Shown: in pieces, positions 8,896 through 19,523 of the stretch
Position numbering within the stretch: position 1 is the first letter of the stretch
How the letters are laid out: each line of letters opens with the position of its first letter
The notes under the pieces: generated by a model
Seen by the model: the letters and a program-made list of their open reading frames with translations, nothing else
Told to the model about the DNA's origin: nothing
Database searches by the model: none
Translations under genes and position numbers: made by a program
Origin: Phototrophicaceae bacterium
Lineage (GTDB): Bacteria; Chloroflexota; Anaerolineae; Aggregatilineales; Phototrophicaceae
Length of the DNA: 64,000 nucleotides
Assembly (NCBI GenBank): GCA_965214105.1
Contig: OZ243934.1
Coordinates: 96,374-160,373, forward strand
Direction of reading: 5' to 3'

Positions 8896-9144
8896 GTTTA
8901 AACTTTCGGCGCTAGGAACGGCCGGCAATTTGGAGGGCTCGTGTTGACGGAAAAGAGTAAGGGAATAGCAGTGATGATTGGCGTCGGTCTCGCGCTTGGC
9001 GCCTTGTCACTGGCAAACAACATCTAACACCGCCCGTTTATGATTATTATCCGCTGGTATGGTATGAGAAGGTCTTCTATGGGCTGGATTATGATGACGC
9101 CTACAGCTAGCTGAATGGAACATATCTTCCAAGAAAGGAATAGA

Positions 9145-10182
9145 ATGCCAATTATTCAAGCGAAGCAACTAAGCCAATTCATCGCGCAGATCTTGGGCGC
9201 GGGCGGCGCGCGGGCGGATTATGCCGCGATCGTGGCTGAACATCTTGTCGATGCCAACCTGGCTGGGCACGATTCGCATGGCGTTATCCGCACGCCTCAT
9301 TATGTTCGGTCCATCAAAAAAGGCGACTTGCACCCAAGCGCTGAGCCAGACATCGTTGAAGAAACCGCCTCGATGGCGCAGATTTGCGGCAACTGGACTT
9401 TTGGCCAGGTCATCGCCAAAGGGGCAACCGAGCTGGCCATCTCGAAGGCGCGCGACCAGGGGGTTGCTTTGGTCTCCATGTACCATGAGGGGCATACCGG
9501 GCGGCTGGGCAGCTATGCCGAGATGGGCGCGGAAGCCGGCATGGCATCGATGATTTGGGATGGCTGCCTCGGCGGACCGCGCTCGGTGGTTGTGCCATTG
9601 AATGGCACCGGGCGCAAGCTCGGCGCCAACCCGATCGCAATCGGTTTCCCCAGTGAAACCTATGGCACGATTCTGCTTGATTTCGCCACCTCGATTTCGG
9701 CGGCCGGCAAGGTGATGGTGGCGGTGGACAAAGGCGAGCAGCTGCCGGGCGAATGGATCGTCGACGCGGATTGGCAGCCAACCGCTGACCCAACGCAGTT
9801 AGCGAAAGGCGGCGCGCTGCGGCCGATGGGCTTGCCATTCGTCGGGCACAAAGGGTATGCCCTCGCGATGATGGTTGGGCTTTTCAGCCTGATGGCGTCG
9901 CTGCGCTCGGATAATCAGCCGCCGCTGGAAGACCGCTGGGGCACGGTGATTCTGATGATCGATATCTCGCGTTTTGGCGCGCTGGATGTCTTCCGCAGCC
10001 AAGTCGACACGATTATCGACTTTGTGAAGACCGACCCGCTGGCGGGCGAGGTGCTCCACCCGGGCGAAGTTGAAGCCCGCACGCGGCGGGAGCGGCTGGC
10101 GAATGGCATTAACCTGCCGGCGGCGACCTGGCGCGAGATCAAGACCTGCGCCGAAGGCTTGGGGCTTGCCGTCGCCGAGTGA
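9145..10182 (+). CDS. Ldh_2 family (malate/L-lactate/ureidoglycolate-type) dehydrogenase
   Basis: HLVDANLAGHDSHGVIRTPHYV motif. The ATG at 9145 is preceded by AAAGGA. The track ORF starts at 9115. Confidence 0.85.
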   Translation: MPIIQAKQLSQFIAQILGAGGARADYAAIVAEHLVDANLAGHDSHGVIRTPHYVRSIKKGDLHPSAEPDIVEETASMAQICGNWTFGQVIAKGATELAISKARDQGVALVSMYHEGHTGRLGSYAEMGAEAGMASMIWDGCLGGPRSVVVPLNGTGRKLGANPIAIGFPSETYGTILLDFATSISAAGKVMVAVDKGEQLPGEWIVDADWQPTADPTQLAKGGALRPMGLPFVGHKGYALAMMVGLFSLMASLRSDNQPPLEDRWGTVILMIDISRFGALDVFRSQVDTIIDFVKTDPLAGEVLHPGEVEARTRRERLANGINLPAATWREIKTCAEGLGLAVAE

Positions 10183-10284
10183 GGCGTCGGCGCGGGCATC
10201 GGGGCATCTGTCCCCAGCCGCCGACATTGATTATTCAAATCTCCGGCAGGTCCGCGATTCGCTGAAACGGAGGCCGGGCGGCCG

Positions 10285-11229
10285 ATGACAAAGCAAGCGG
10301 ACTTGTACCAGGCGCTAAAGGCAACGAGCAGCCCCGACTCTCGCCGGGACCTCGCCCTGCAGCTGCTGGCAAAGACGCAGCGGCGGCAGTACCTCGACGA
10401 ATGCCTGCGCACGCTTAGGTCGGAGCGGGTAAGAGCCAAGCTGGACGAAAGCCATCGCCCCGTTCTGCGGGAGAAATACCTGGCTTTCCACGCCGATGGC
10501 AAAGGCGATAAAGCCGGCCTGCTGCGTGAGAGCTTGACGCGCCTGCTGGTCCACATCGAGCATCCCGCTGACGCCGACATTTATAAACTGGGCGTCGAAA
10601 CCTATTACCGACAGCCGATTGATGATGTCGCGCAGAACCTGCGGGCAGCCGCGCTGGCTGGCTTGGTGCCGATTGACCGGCGCCTCGCCTGCCTGTATGC
10701 CACCCGCTTTCTAAGCGAGCCAAGCACCTCGGTCTTCAATTGCGAGCCAGCGATGACTGCGGTTGATGTGCTGGTCGCTTCTGATGAGCGGCTGCCTATC
10801 TATCAGTTTTTGCTGCGCGGCGGCTTGGACATGGCGGCGACAGGGCGCGGCGAACTGACCGGCAAAGCGCTGGAATCGCTGGGCGGCGACTTTCCTGTCG
10901 CGCTCTATGAAGACTTAATCGAGCAATACCAAGCGCTGGACCAACCGACGGCGTCGATGGGCATTATCAACAGCATCATCGAGGGACGGTCCGCCGCGCT
11001 TTACGATCGGCTGGAGGAGCTGATTCTTTCGACGCGCGCTGAAGACCTGCGGGCTTACGGGCTGGTGATGATGGCGGCGGCCCGCGTTGATGAATTGGGC
11101 GAGCGCTTGCTGCGGCTGGCGAAGCGGGCGCGGAGGCAGGACCTGCCCCGGTTCATCGAGGCGCTTGAGATCTGTCATCTGCCAGCGCGAGAAGAAACCC
11201 TGGCAAGCTTGCGCCGCCGGCAGGGCTAG
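10285..11229 (+). CDS. hypothetical helical-repeat (HEAT-like) protein
   Basis: 314-aa ORF with consistent high-GC third-position bias. No recognisable catalytic motif. Confidence 0.5.
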   Translation: MTKQADLYQALKATSSPDSRRDLALQLLAKTQRRQYLDECLRTLRSERVRAKLDESHRPVLREKYLAFHADGKGDKAGLLRESLTRLLVHIEHPADADIYKLGVETYYRQPIDDVAQNLRAAALAGLVPIDRRLACLYATRFLSEPSTSVFNCEPAMTAVDVLVASDERLPIYQFLLRGGLDMAATGRGELTGKALESLGGDFPVALYEDLIEQYQALDQPTASMGIINSIIEGRSAALYDRLEELILSTRAEDLRAYGLVMMAAARVDELGERLLRLAKRARRQDLPRFIEALEICHLPAREETLASLRRRQG

Positions 11230-12449
11230 CCGCGCAGCTCGGGCTTATAAATGGCGGCGAAGCCCCCTTCTATCTGGCGCGCCAAATCTGCCAGCACCAG
11301 GTCCATCGATACGCCAGCCTCTTCCAGTATTCGGCTGGCCAGCAGCACATCCAGGCTGACGGCAAAGCGACCAATCCGGTAGCTTGCCAGCCCCTGAATG
11401 CCCGGCTCGCCGGCGCAGGTGGGCGCCTCTCGGCTGTAAATGCTTTCCGCTTTCGCGTAGCCGGCGCTTTCAAGCAGGCGCTGCGTGAACTCGTCATTCA
11501 AAGCTGTCTTCGCGGCTGACGGGCTTTCAAAGACATCGACTTGGTAGCCGAGCGAGCTGAAATAAATCGTGGGCTCGCAGGCGGCATTCTTGAGTTCCAC
11601 GCGATAGCGAAACTGGTGACCGTAGTTTTCGGCGTAGGCGGCGTATTCGTCCTGCAAGTCAGCTGAGAGGGCGTCGGCAATTTGCTCGGCGCTGAAAAGA
11701 CCAGACCGTTCCTCGTTGATTGGGAGCGACGGCGGCATGTTGCTGGCAAAGGCATGCAAAGCTTGAATCACCGCGGCCTGCGGCGCCGGCTCCAGCGCAG
11801 CGATATCGCTGTTATCTACCTGCGCTGGATCGCTGATGATGAGCACCGTATGCAGCGCCTCGCCCGCCTCGCTCGCAGTGCTCGGGTCGCGCTCGCGGAT
11901 GGCTTCGACATTATCTTGCCCGGCGAGCACTTCGCCGAAGATCGTATGCTTGTAATTGAGATGGGGCGTTGGCGCGGTGGTGATGAAGAATTGCCCGCCG
12001 TTGGTGCCTGGTCCCGCATTGGCCATCGCCAGCAGCCCCGGTCCATCGAAGGTGAGGAAGCCGACTGGCTCGTCTTGGAATTGATAACCGGGTCCGCCAC
12101 GCCCGGTGCCGGTGGGGTCGCCGCCTTGCGCCATGAAGTTGGGGATGACGCGATGGAAGGCGCTGCTGTCGTAATAGCCCTGCTGAGCCAGGAAGACGAA
12201 GTTGTTGACGGTGATTGGCGTGAGGGCTTCGTACAGGTCGACATAGATTGCGCCGGCGCTGGTGCAGAAGATGGCGCGGTAATCCAGCTCCGGCTCAAGC
12301 ATCTGTTCCGCCGCCTCGAATTGCATCATCGTCAGCGGGCTCGGCGCAGCCGCATCGCAGAGTGCCTGCGCTGACGGCGCTTCTTGGGCGGCCGCGATCG
12401 AGAGGGCGGCGACTATCATAAATAGCAGAATGGGGCGCAGCTTGTGCAT
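11226..12449 (-). CDS. secreted cyclophilin-type peptidyl-prolyl isomerase with ~200-aa C-terminal extension
   Basis: FHRVIPNFMAQGGDPTGTGRGGPGY and LLAMANAGPGTNGGQFFIT. Signal-like MHKLRPILLFMIVAALSIAAAQ runs from the ATG at 12449, which has a GAGG RBS. Confidence 0.9.
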   Translation of the reverse strand: MHKLRPILLFMIVAALSIAAAQEAPSAQALCDAAAPSPLTMMQFEAAEQMLEPELDYRAIFCTSAGAIYVDLYEALTPITVNNFVFLAQQGYYDSSAFHRVIPNFMAQGGDPTGTGRGGPGYQFQDEPVGFLTFDGPGLLAMANAGPGTNGGQFFITTAPTPHLNYKHTIFGEVLAGQDNVEAIRERDPSTASEAGEALHTVLIISDPAQVDNSDIAALEPAPQAAVIQALHAFASNMPPSLPINEERSGLFSAEQIADALSADLQDEYAAYAENYGHQFRYRVELKNAACEPTIYFSSLGYQVDVFESPSAAKTALNDEFTQRLLESAGYAKAESIYSREAPTCAGEPGIQGLASYRIGRFAVSLDVLLASRILEEAGVSMDLVLADLARQIEGGFAAIYKPELRG

Positions 12450-12685
12450 ATGTTCAGCCTCGGGGTGGGTTGGCGAGCGATGTCCTACACTGCGCGCATT
12501 GTGCCGCATTGCGCCGCGCTTGCATAGGCAAGGATCGCGCGCCCGGGGGCAAGCGCTTAAATCTCGCAGCCCTTGGCGCAGCCAGCGGCGATTGCTCGCT
12601 GCTGTATCGCTTTAGAGCTATATTTTTTGCCTTTCGTTTTCTATAATGCCGCTGAATATTGGTTATTGGTGACATAGCGACAAGA

Positions 12686-15600
12686 ATGCGTTACATTCCG
12701 CGCTTGATGTTGGCGCCGTCTTTGCCATCTGGAGAACCTCAATTGAAGCGACACGCGCTGCGATTCGTCATCGCTCTACTTATACTGTTGCCCTTTGCCG
12801 TCGGCTTCACGCAAGATGAAGCCGGCATCAGCCTCGATATTATCGGCGTTGATTCCACCAATCTTTCGCAAATCGCCATTCAGGCCAGCGTCTTGGATTC
12901 CAGCGGGCAGTTGGTATCGGGCTTGGGCGCAGATAACTTCTCGATTGGCGGCGCCTTGGCGGGTCTAGCCCGTGTAACCGGGGTGGAGAACGTCACCGAT
13001 GATGACCTTGCCTTCGCCAGCGTCCTGGTGATTGACACCAGCAGCAGCATGGCGGGCCAGCCCCTGGCGCAAGCGAAGGGAGCCGCCAGCGCCTACCTAA
13101 ACGCATTAGGTCCAGAGGACCCCGTCGCCCTGGTCGCTTTCAATTACGGCGTCCACTTGGTGGCTGGTTTTACAAAGGACCGCGGGCTGCTGCTCGATGC
13201 GATGGACAATATCGCATTTGGGGGGCCCACAGCCCTCTACGACGCCACCATGCGCGCCATCGAAATCGCCAATGAGGCGCCACTGCCGCGCAAAGCAGTG
13301 GTGATCCTCAGCGACGGCGGCGAATACGGCGGCATCAGCAAGAGCACGCGCGAAGAAAGCATCCGCGCCGCGACCATTCACGGGGTGCCGGTCTACTCAA
13401 TCGGGCTCGGTTGGGATATCGACCAGCGCTTCTTGGAGGCGATTGCCTCTGAATCCAATGCCCAGTTTCACAATGCGCCGCTGGCGGAAGAACTCGAAGA
13501 CATTTACCGCAACCTCGCTTTTCTCTTCCGCAGCCAATATATCGTCACCATGCAGGCGGATGTGCCGGCCGATGGCACGCGTTATGATTTCACGCTTACT
13601 GTCACGCTGGCTGATGGGCAAAGCTCAGCCGGCGCCGCCACCTTGCGCGCGCCGATACCGATTCCCCTGGTCTTCTTGCCCGATGATCTCTTCACCGAAG
13701 CGCTGAGGGAAGATACCCAGATTTTAGTCGAGATCCGCGCCGATCAAGACATCGAGAGCATCGAAGTCGCGCTGGATGGCGAGGTCGTCTCGACCGATGA
13801 GACATTCACAATCGAGCCAGACCGCCAAGCGCCGGGCGAGCATCAGCTTGATATCACCGTCGCCGATGTCGAGGGCGATGTGGGCTTCTTGAGCGCCGAG
13901 TTTGAAGTTGCCGCCCTGCCCCCAACCGTATCCGATGATTTCGTAGCCGCCGCGCAGGAAGACATCGGCGAAGCCGAGGTGATCTCGGTGGACGCCGGCG
14001 GGCAAACCGAGATTACACAGGTCGAATTCATCGTCGATGGCCAGGTGCTGCATACCGATAGCGAGGCGCCTTACGAATTCGATCTCGATCCCTTTGAGCT
14101 GCTGCCGGAAGAGCACAAGCTCAGCATCCGCGCCACCAACGCGGGCGGGCAGACCACCACCGTCGAGAAGACCTTTGAGGTGGAGACGGTGCCGCCGCGC
14201 CTGAACATCGAAGGGCTGACAGCCGAGATGGTGGTCAGCGACCGGGTCAGCGGGCGCATCACGGTCGAGGGGCAATCGCCGATCGTCAGCTTGAGCCTCG
14301 AGCCAGAGCTGGGCACGCTGGTCGAAAGCACGCAACTGGAATTCACCATCGACGCGGCCGATTTTCCGCCGGGCGCCAATTCAATCGCAGTGCGCGCGGT
14401 CGATGAAGCGGGCGCGGAAACGGTCCAGGTAATCAACTTTGAGGTCGCCACGCTGGCGCCAACCGTCGGGCTGAGTGGCGTCGCCGTGAACGCGGTGATT
14501 AGCGAGCCACAAGAAGTCAAGGTCAATGCCGGCGGGCAGACCGAAATCACACGGGTTGAAGTGTCCTTCGACGGCGGACCCGCCGAGGTGCTTGAGGCTG
14601 AAGTCTTCACCATTCCGGCGGCGCAGTTAGGCGATGGCGAGCATGAAGCGCTGGTGACGGTCACCAACCAAGGCGGGCAGAGCTCAACGATCAGTTTGCC
14701 TTTCACCGTGCAGTTGCCGCCGACGCCAACGCTCACGCCAATGCCGACCGATACCGCGACCGCAACCAAGACCAGCGTTCCGACGGCAAGCAACACAGTC
14801 CGCCCAGAATTAAGCGATACACCGTCAGCCGACGAGCAGATGGCGACTAGCCAGGCGGCCGCGGCCTTGACGGCGACCGCTATGCCGACCGAGACGCATA
14901 CGCCGCTGCCTAGCAACACGCCACTGCCCACCGAGACGCATACCCCGCTGCCTAGCAACACACCACTGCCGACCGAGACGCATACGCCGCTGCCTAGCAA
15001 CACGCCACTGCCCACCGAGACGCATACGCCGCTGCCTAGCAACACACCACTGCCCACCGAGACGCACACGCCGCTGCCTAGCAACACGCCATTGCCCACC
15101 GAGACGCATACGCCGTTACCTAGCAACACGCCACTGCCGACCGAGACGCACACGCCGCTGCCTAGCAACACGCCCTTGCCCACCGAGACGCACACGCCGC
15201 TGCCTAGCAACACGCCCGTCCCAACGGATACAGCAACCAACACGCCCGTGCCAACGGATACAGCAACCAACACGCCCGTGCCAACTGACACGCCAACCAA
15301 CACGCCCGTGCCAACTGATACGCCAACCAACACGCCCGTGCCAACTGACACGCCAACCAACACGCCCGTGCCAACTGACACGCCAACCAACACGCCCGTG
15401 CCAACTGATACGCCAACCAACACGCCCGTGCCAACTGACACGCCAACCAACACGCCCGTGCCAACTGACACGCCAACCAACACGCCTGTGCCAACTGACA
15501 CGCCAACCAACACGCCCATCCCAACTGATACGCCAACCAACACGCCCGTGCCAACTGACACGCCAACCAACACGCCCGTGCCAACTGACACGCCAACCAA

Positions 15601-16312
15601 CACACCCGTGCCAACGGACACGCCAACCAACACGCCCGTGCCAACTGACACGCCAACCAACACGCCCGTGCCAACTGACACGCCAACCAACACGCCTGTG
15701 CCAACTGACACGCCAACCAACACGCCCGTGCCAACTGACACGCCAACCAACACGCCCGTGCCAACTGACACGCCAACCAACACACCGGTTCCGACGGACA
15801 CGCCAACCAACACACCGGTTCCGACGGACACGCCTGTGCCAACTGACACGCCTACCAACACACCGGTTCCGACGGACACGCCAACCAACACACCTGTGCC
15901 AACTGAGACGCCTACCGACACGCCGACCGCCACAGCGACATACTCACAGACGCCTAATTCCACCGAGACGGCTGAGGCTGAGTCGAGCCTGACGGCGGTG
16001 GTAGAGAGCGCGCTCAATGCCGAGGCAAGCGAAGAAGCCGCGACAGAAACGGCGACCGCCGAATTGACGGCGACTCATACTCCGACTGACGAGCCAACCG
16101 AGCGCCCCGCCACCGCCACCGATGCGCCGACCGCGACTTCAGCCACCGAGCCGACCGCCCAACCCAGCCTGACGCCGGTGACGATGACCGAGATTGACGC
16201 GCCGACCGCCGATGAGCCGCAGACCCGCGATACCACCATCGCTATCACCGCTGTGCTGGCTGGTTTGGGGCTGCTGCTGCTGCTATTCTTGGTCTCGCGC
16301 CGCCGCCGTTAA
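12686..16312 (+). CDS. giant membrane-anchored surface protein: vWA domain, several Ig-like domains, long PT-rich tandem repeats, C-terminal TM anchor
   Basis: vWA MIDAS context [12 protein letters not shown]...GGPTALYDA...VVILSDGGE. Repeated GGQTEIT(Q/R)VEF Ig-like modules. 8 x [14 protein letters not shown] and ~23 x [11 protein letters not shown]-terminal [22 protein letters not shown]. The track ORF begins at a TTG at 12659. Confidence 0.85.
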   Translation: MRYIPRLMLAPSLPSGEPQLKRHALRFVIALLILLPFAVGFTQDEAGISLDIIGVDSTNLSQIAIQASVLDSSGQLVSGLGADNFSIGGALAGLARVTGVENVTDDDLAFASVLVIDTSSSMAGQPLAQAKGAASAYLNALGPEDPVALVAFNYGVHLVAGFTKDRGLLLDAMDNIAFGGPTALYDATMRAIEIANEAPLPRKAVVILSDGGEYGGISKSTREESIRAATIHGVPVYSIGLGWDIDQRFLEAIASESNAQFHNAPLAEELEDIYRNLAFLFRSQYIVTMQADVPADGTRYDFTLTVTLADGQSSAGAATLRAPIPIPLVFLPDDLFTEALREDTQILVEIRADQDIESIEVALDGEVVSTDETFTIEPDRQAPGEHQLDITVADVEGDVGFLSAEFEVAALPPTVSDDFVAAAQEDIGEAEVISVDAGGQTEITQVEFIVDGQVLHTDSEAPYEFDLDPFELLPEEHKLSIRATNAGGQTTTVEKTFEVETVPPRLNIEGLTAEMVVSDRVSGRITVEGQSPIVSLSLEPELGTLVESTQLEFTIDAADFPPGANSIAVRAVDEAGAETVQVINFEVATLAPTVGLSGVAVNAVISEPQEVKVNAGGQTEITRVEVSFDGGPAEVLEAEVFTIPAAQLGDGEHEALVTVTNQGGQSSTISLPFTVQLPPTPTLTPMPTDTATATKTSVPTASNTVRPELSDTPSADEQMATSQAAAALTATAMPTETHTPLPSNTPLPTETHTPLPSNTPLPTETHTPLPSNTPLPTETHTPLPSNTPLPTETHTPLPSNTPLPTETHTPLPSNTPLPTETHTPLPSNTPLPTETHTPLPSNTPVPTDTATNTPVPTDTATNTPVPTDTPTNTPVPTDTPTNTPVPTDTPTNTPVPTDTPTNTPVPTDTPTNTPVPTDTPTNTPVPTDTPTNTPVPTDTPTNTPIPTDTPTNTPVPTDTPTNTPVPTDTPTNTPVPTDTPTNTPVPTDTPTNTPVPTDTPTNTPVPTDTPTNTPVPTDTPTNTPVPTDTPTNTPVPTDTPTNTPVPTDTPVPTDTPTNTPVPTDTPTNTPVPTETPTDTPTATATYSQTPNSTETAEAESSLTAVVESALNAEASEEAATETATAELTATHTPTDEPTERPATATDAPTATSATEPTAQPSLTPVTMTEIDAPTADEPQTRDTTIAITAVLAGLGLLLLLFLVSRRRR
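14888..15223 (+). repeat. 8 x 42-bp near-perfect in-frame tandem repeat ([14 protein letters not shown])
   Basis: Read directly. Units differ only by a few synonymous changes. Confidence 0.9.
15224..15930 (+). repeat. ~23 x 30-bp near-perfect in-frame tandem repeat ([10 protein letters not shown])
   Basis: Read directly. Most units are identical, apart from GAC/GAT and ACT/ACG wobble changes. Confidence 0.9.
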
Positions 16313-16385
16313 GCCGCAACCAACCGGGCGGACGAGACGTATACTAGCTATAACAATCTGACGCATTCAGCTTTGGGGCGGGCAA

Positions 16386-16799
16386 ATGAAAGAGTTTCTG
16401 ATCCGAGTGTTGATCAATGCGGTGGCAATCGCCGTCACCGCCATGTTGATCCCAAGTATTCACATCGCGAATAACGACATCAGTACGCTGCTGATCATCG
16501 GCTTGATATTCGGGCTGGTGAATTCGCTGCTGAAGCCGCTTCTGCTGCTTTTGACCTGCCCCGCGGTGCTGCTGTCGCTGGGGCTGTTCATCTTCGTCAT
16601 CAACGGCCTCATGCTCATGATCACCGATTCGCTGGCCGGCGACCGGCTGACGATTGAGGGCGGCATCTTGCCGGCTATCCTGGGTGGCATGGTGATGGCG
16701 GCGGTGTCCATCGCGCTGGAATCGGCGCTGAAACTTGAGGACTCCCCGAAGCGCGCCGATGCTGACTTCATCGTCTACAGCGATAAGCGGAAGCAATAG
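16386..16799 (+). CDS. phage holin family IV-like (DUF360) small membrane protein
   Basis: 137 aa with 4 predicted TM segments. LVNSLLKPLLLLLTCPAVLLSLGLFIFVINGLML matches the family core pattern. Confidence 0.65.
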   Translation: MKEFLIRVLINAVAIAVTAMLIPSIHIANNDISTLLIIGLIFGLVNSLLKPLLLLLTCPAVLLSLGLFIFVINGLMLMITDSLAGDRLTIEGGILPAILGGMVMAAVSIALESALKLEDSPKRADADFIVYSDKRKQ

Positions 16800-16894
16800 C
16801 CGGCGCCGTCCGCTCGCCGCCCCTGGCGATAAGCGCCCGCCTGGAGTCTAGACCATTCATATTCACCGCTGCCCAAGCAAACTGGGAAGCCGCC

Positions 16895-18100
16895 GTGCCT
16901 AAAAGCCAGAAGACCATCTGCTGGATAAGCAGCGCGCGCTACAGCAAGCCGCTGGATGCGGCCGCCGCCCGCAAATGGCAATTGATGGCGCGATTGGCTG
17001 AGTATGATATTCGCATCATCGGTTTCTCCATATCGCTGAAGCCCCGTTCCTTTCGGGAAGGGGCGCAATTCTATCTGCTGCCGCAGCCGCCAACATCGCT
17101 GCTGCGCTATGTGACGATATTCAGCTTGGCGCCGCTTCTGCTGGTCTATCTCGCGCTTCGTCATCAAGCGGCCATCATCGTGGCGCAAAGCCCCTTTGAA
17201 GGTGCAATCGGCGCGCTGGCAGCAGCCGTCGCCGGCTGGCTCGGGCGGCGGCCCAAACTCATCATCGAGAATCACAATAACTTCGAAGAAGACCTGTTCT
17301 TGCAGCGCTCGATTCCGCTGCCGGGCTTGTATCGCGCTTTGATGCTGGCTAGCGCGCGCTTCGCATTTCGCCGCGCCGATGCCCTGCGCGTGATATCTTC
17401 ATCGACCGCGGCGCGCGCCCGCCACTATGCGCCAGCGCTGCCGCAAGCCCGCTTTATGACCTTCAGCGATACCGATGTCTTCCGGCAAATGGAGCGCCGC
17501 ATTCCCGTAGCCGCCGCCGTGGATATCGTCTGCGCCGCGGTGCTGATACCGCGCAAAGGCATCCATCATCTGCTGAATGCTTTCGCCGACTTGGATCACC
17601 CACGCGCCCGGCTGCATCTGCTTGGCGGCGCCGAGAATGCCGCCTATGCCAAAACACTGCGGGCACAGGCAGAGCAGCTCGGCATTGATAGCCGGGTACA
17701 GTTTGCCGGCGCGGTCTCCCAACGTGAGCTGGCGGCGCATTTTTCGGGCGCCCGCGTCATGGTCTTGCCATCACTATCGGAAGGCTTGGGGCGGGTGGTG
17801 GTGGAGGCGATGCTGCTGAGCCTGCCCGTCATCGGCAGCCGCGTCGGCGGCATCCCGGATATGATCCGCGATGGCGAAAATGGCTACCTGGTCGAGCCTG
17901 GCAACGAAGCCGAATTGACAGCGGCGCTGCGGCGTATTTTTGACGAGGATGATGTCGCCCTTATGGGCGCGCGGGCGCGCCGCTTCGCCGACGGTTTCTT
18001 TTCGCCGCGGCAGTACGTCGAGGCTTATCGTCAGTTATTTGAGTTGGCTTTAAACGCGGGGGAAGACAAGGCGATGCCAAGGACATCGGCACCACAATGA
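16895..18100 (+). CDS. glycosyltransferase family 4 (GT-B)
   Basis: LPSLSEGLGRVVVEAMLLSLPVIGSRVGGIPDMIRDGENGYLV is the EX7E region. GTG start preceded by GGGAAG. Confidence 0.85.
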   Translation: MPKSQKTICWISSARYSKPLDAAAARKWQLMARLAEYDIRIIGFSISLKPRSFREGAQFYLLPQPPTSLLRYVTIFSLAPLLLVYLALRHQAAIIVAQSPFEGAIGALAAAVAGWLGRRPKLIIENHNNFEEDLFLQRSIPLPGLYRALMLASARFAFRRADALRVISSSTAARARHYAPALPQARFMTFSDTDVFRQMERRIPVAAAVDIVCAAVLIPRKGIHHLLNAFADLDHPRARLHLLGGAENAAYAKTLRAQAEQLGIDSRVQFAGAVSQRELAAHFSGARVMVLPSLSEGLGRVVVEAMLLSLPVIGSRVGGIPDMIRDGENGYLVEPGNEAELTAALRRIFDEDDVALMGARARRFADGFFSPRQYVEAYRQLFELALNAGEDKAMPRTSAPQ

Positions 18101-18414
18101 GCATGAAGCGCGCAAAGCTCGTCCGCTGCGCCTCCTGCGATGGCTTCGGCTGGTTCGAGGCGGCTTTCAGCGGCGAAAGCGAAGAGTGCGATTGGTGCGC
18201 GGGCGCGGGCTATGTCTACCGCGATGCGGCTGGGCGCGATGCCCCGATCCCGCCGGCGGATTACGCCTCGCTGGCGCTGGAGCTGGAGCAGTTGGATCTG
18301 GAGCGGCTGCGGGAGATGGGTTACCAAGGCAGCGCCAAGAAACCATGGCAGCAGGCAATCCGCAAAGACAGCCAGCTGGGCCGCAACCCCTATCAAGATG
18401 ATGAAGAGACTTGA
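18097..18414 (+). CDS. small DnaJ-type zinc-finger protein (two CxxCxGxG motifs)
   Basis: CASCDGFG and CDWCAGAG. ATGA overlap with the GT4 stop. Confidence 0.5.
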   Translation: MSMKRAKLVRCASCDGFGWFEAAFSGESEECDWCAGAGYVYRDAAGRDAPIPPADYASLALELEQLDLERLREMGYQGSAKKPWQQAIRKDSQLGRNPYQDDEET

Positions 18415-18477
18415 GCCGCAGGCCGATTTCAACGCGGCTTAAGACTCTTCATTCACTGCTTTCTCTGCCCCGTCGGC

Positions 18478-18927
18478 TTATGCTCGTCTAACGCGGATTT
18501 CCACAGCGCCACTGGCGAAGTTGCCGCGAAGCCGATACATGAAAATGAGGTAGTGAGCCGGGCTCGCCTTGCCTAAAGTCAGCGAGCAAGCGCCATCCGC
18601 CACGTCCAGCGCGCCGCTTCGATAGGCTTCACCCGCGCGCAGCACCAGATAGCCCAGCTGCTCATCGGCGGCGATCTGTTCATCATGACAGCTAAGAACC
18701 GGATCGGCCGCGCCGGCGACCAGCTTGCCCTCCGACGCCCGCAGCGCCAACAGGCCGAAGTTGTTCAGCACATCGCTGGCTCGCTGCTGCTCGGGCCGGT
18801 TCTTGGCGAGCAGATGGATCCGCGAGGCAGAGCCGGTCGAGACGCCGCAAGTCGCATTGCCCAGCGCCGCCCGCGCCACCACATCAAGCAGGCGCGCGTC
18901 GTAAATTTTGGGATTGACGATATCCAT
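18478..18927 (-). CDS. hypothetical protein (downstream partner of the tail-fibre-like gene)
   Basis: 149-aa ORF lying 3 nt downstream of 18931..19440. Good coding bias. No recognised motif. Confidence 0.5.
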   Translation of the reverse strand: MDIVNPKIYDARLLDVVARAALGNATCGVSTGSASRIHLLAKNRPEQQRASDVLNNFGLLALRASEGKLVAGAADPVLSCHDEQIAADEQLGYLVLRAGEAYRSGALDVADGACSLTLGKASPAHYLIFMYRLRGNFASGAVEIRVRRA

Positions 18928-18930
18928 CGG

Positions 18931-19440
18931 CTAAATCTCCTTCGCCCAGAATTGCGGATGCAAGTCGACCACATCCATGCTCGCGGTATTGCCGTTCGAA
19001 GTCTTCCAGCGCAGCCGAAAGCTGTGGCTGCCGGCGCTGAGCCCGGTGATCAGCACAACAAAGGAAACGGGTTTGCTTGTCTTGACATCGCGCGAGCTTC
19101 CATTGGTGACGCCGATAAAACCGTCATCGCCGACGTAATCCACGTCATCAATTGCCACGTTGAAGCTGGTAGTGGCCGTGTTCCATTGGTGCCGCACTGT
19201 ACCAGTAAAGCCCAGCAGCACATCGCCGCCATGGGTCGTCAAGGTCAGCGCCAATTTTGTCGCGTCAATATCGACGAAATCGTTTGCCGTGGTCGTGAGC
19301 AGCGCCCCGCTGCTGACTAGCCGACTGGCGCTGGCGTCCAGCCGGTCTTTCAAATGATTCTGATTGTCCCGCACATAGGTATTCAGGTCGATCGATGTCA
19401 GCGGTTCGCTCGACCAAGTTTTGGGCGTCGTCCAAGCCAT
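18931..19440 (-). CDS. hypothetical protein with phage tail-fibre-like N-terminal motif and beta-rich body
   Basis: The ATG at 19440 is preceded by GAGAGGA. MAWTTPKTWSSEPLTSIDLNTYVRDNQNHLKDRL resembles the N-terminal motif recurring in phage tail-fibre or minor-tail proteins (from memory, not searched). Confidence 0.55.
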   Translation of the reverse strand: MAWTTPKTWSSEPLTSIDLNTYVRDNQNHLKDRLDASASRLVSSGALLTTTANDFVDIDATKLALTLTTHGGDVLLGFTGTVRHQWNTATTSFNVAIDDVDYVGDDGFIGVTNGSSRDVKTSKPVSFVVLITGLSAGSHSFRLRWKTSNGNTASMDVVDLHPQFWAKEI

Positions 19441-19523
19441 CGCAAATCCTCTCGCTACCATTGATATGGCTTGGATATTAGAACATATTTTCTAAGAACA
19501 AGCGTCCAAATTGTCACTCCTTA

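Noticed and set aside
8941-9027. Small ORF encoding a hydrophobic peptide (..MIGVGLALGALSLANNI) upstream of the Ldh_2 gene
   Set aside because: It is too short to support from sequence alone. It has no clear RBS and there is no way to test conservation here.
14888-15930. Possible CRISPR array because of regular 30- and 42-bp periodicity
   Set aside because: The units are contiguous with no unique spacers. They are in frame within a 1217-aa protein. There is no leader and there are no cas genes.
14071-16017. 648-aa and 212-aa minus-strand ORFs running through the tandem repeats
   Set aside because: These are antisense translations of the PT-repeat DNA ([10 protein letters not shown]..., [10 protein letters not shown]...). 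They are open only because the repeat lacks stops in several frames.
16386-19461. Possible prophage remnant (holin-family protein plus tail-fibre-like gene)
   Set aside because: The two genes are separated by a GT4 and a zinc-finger gene. No integrase, terminase, capsid, portal or att-like repeats are present. DUF360 proteins are common chromosomal membrane proteins.
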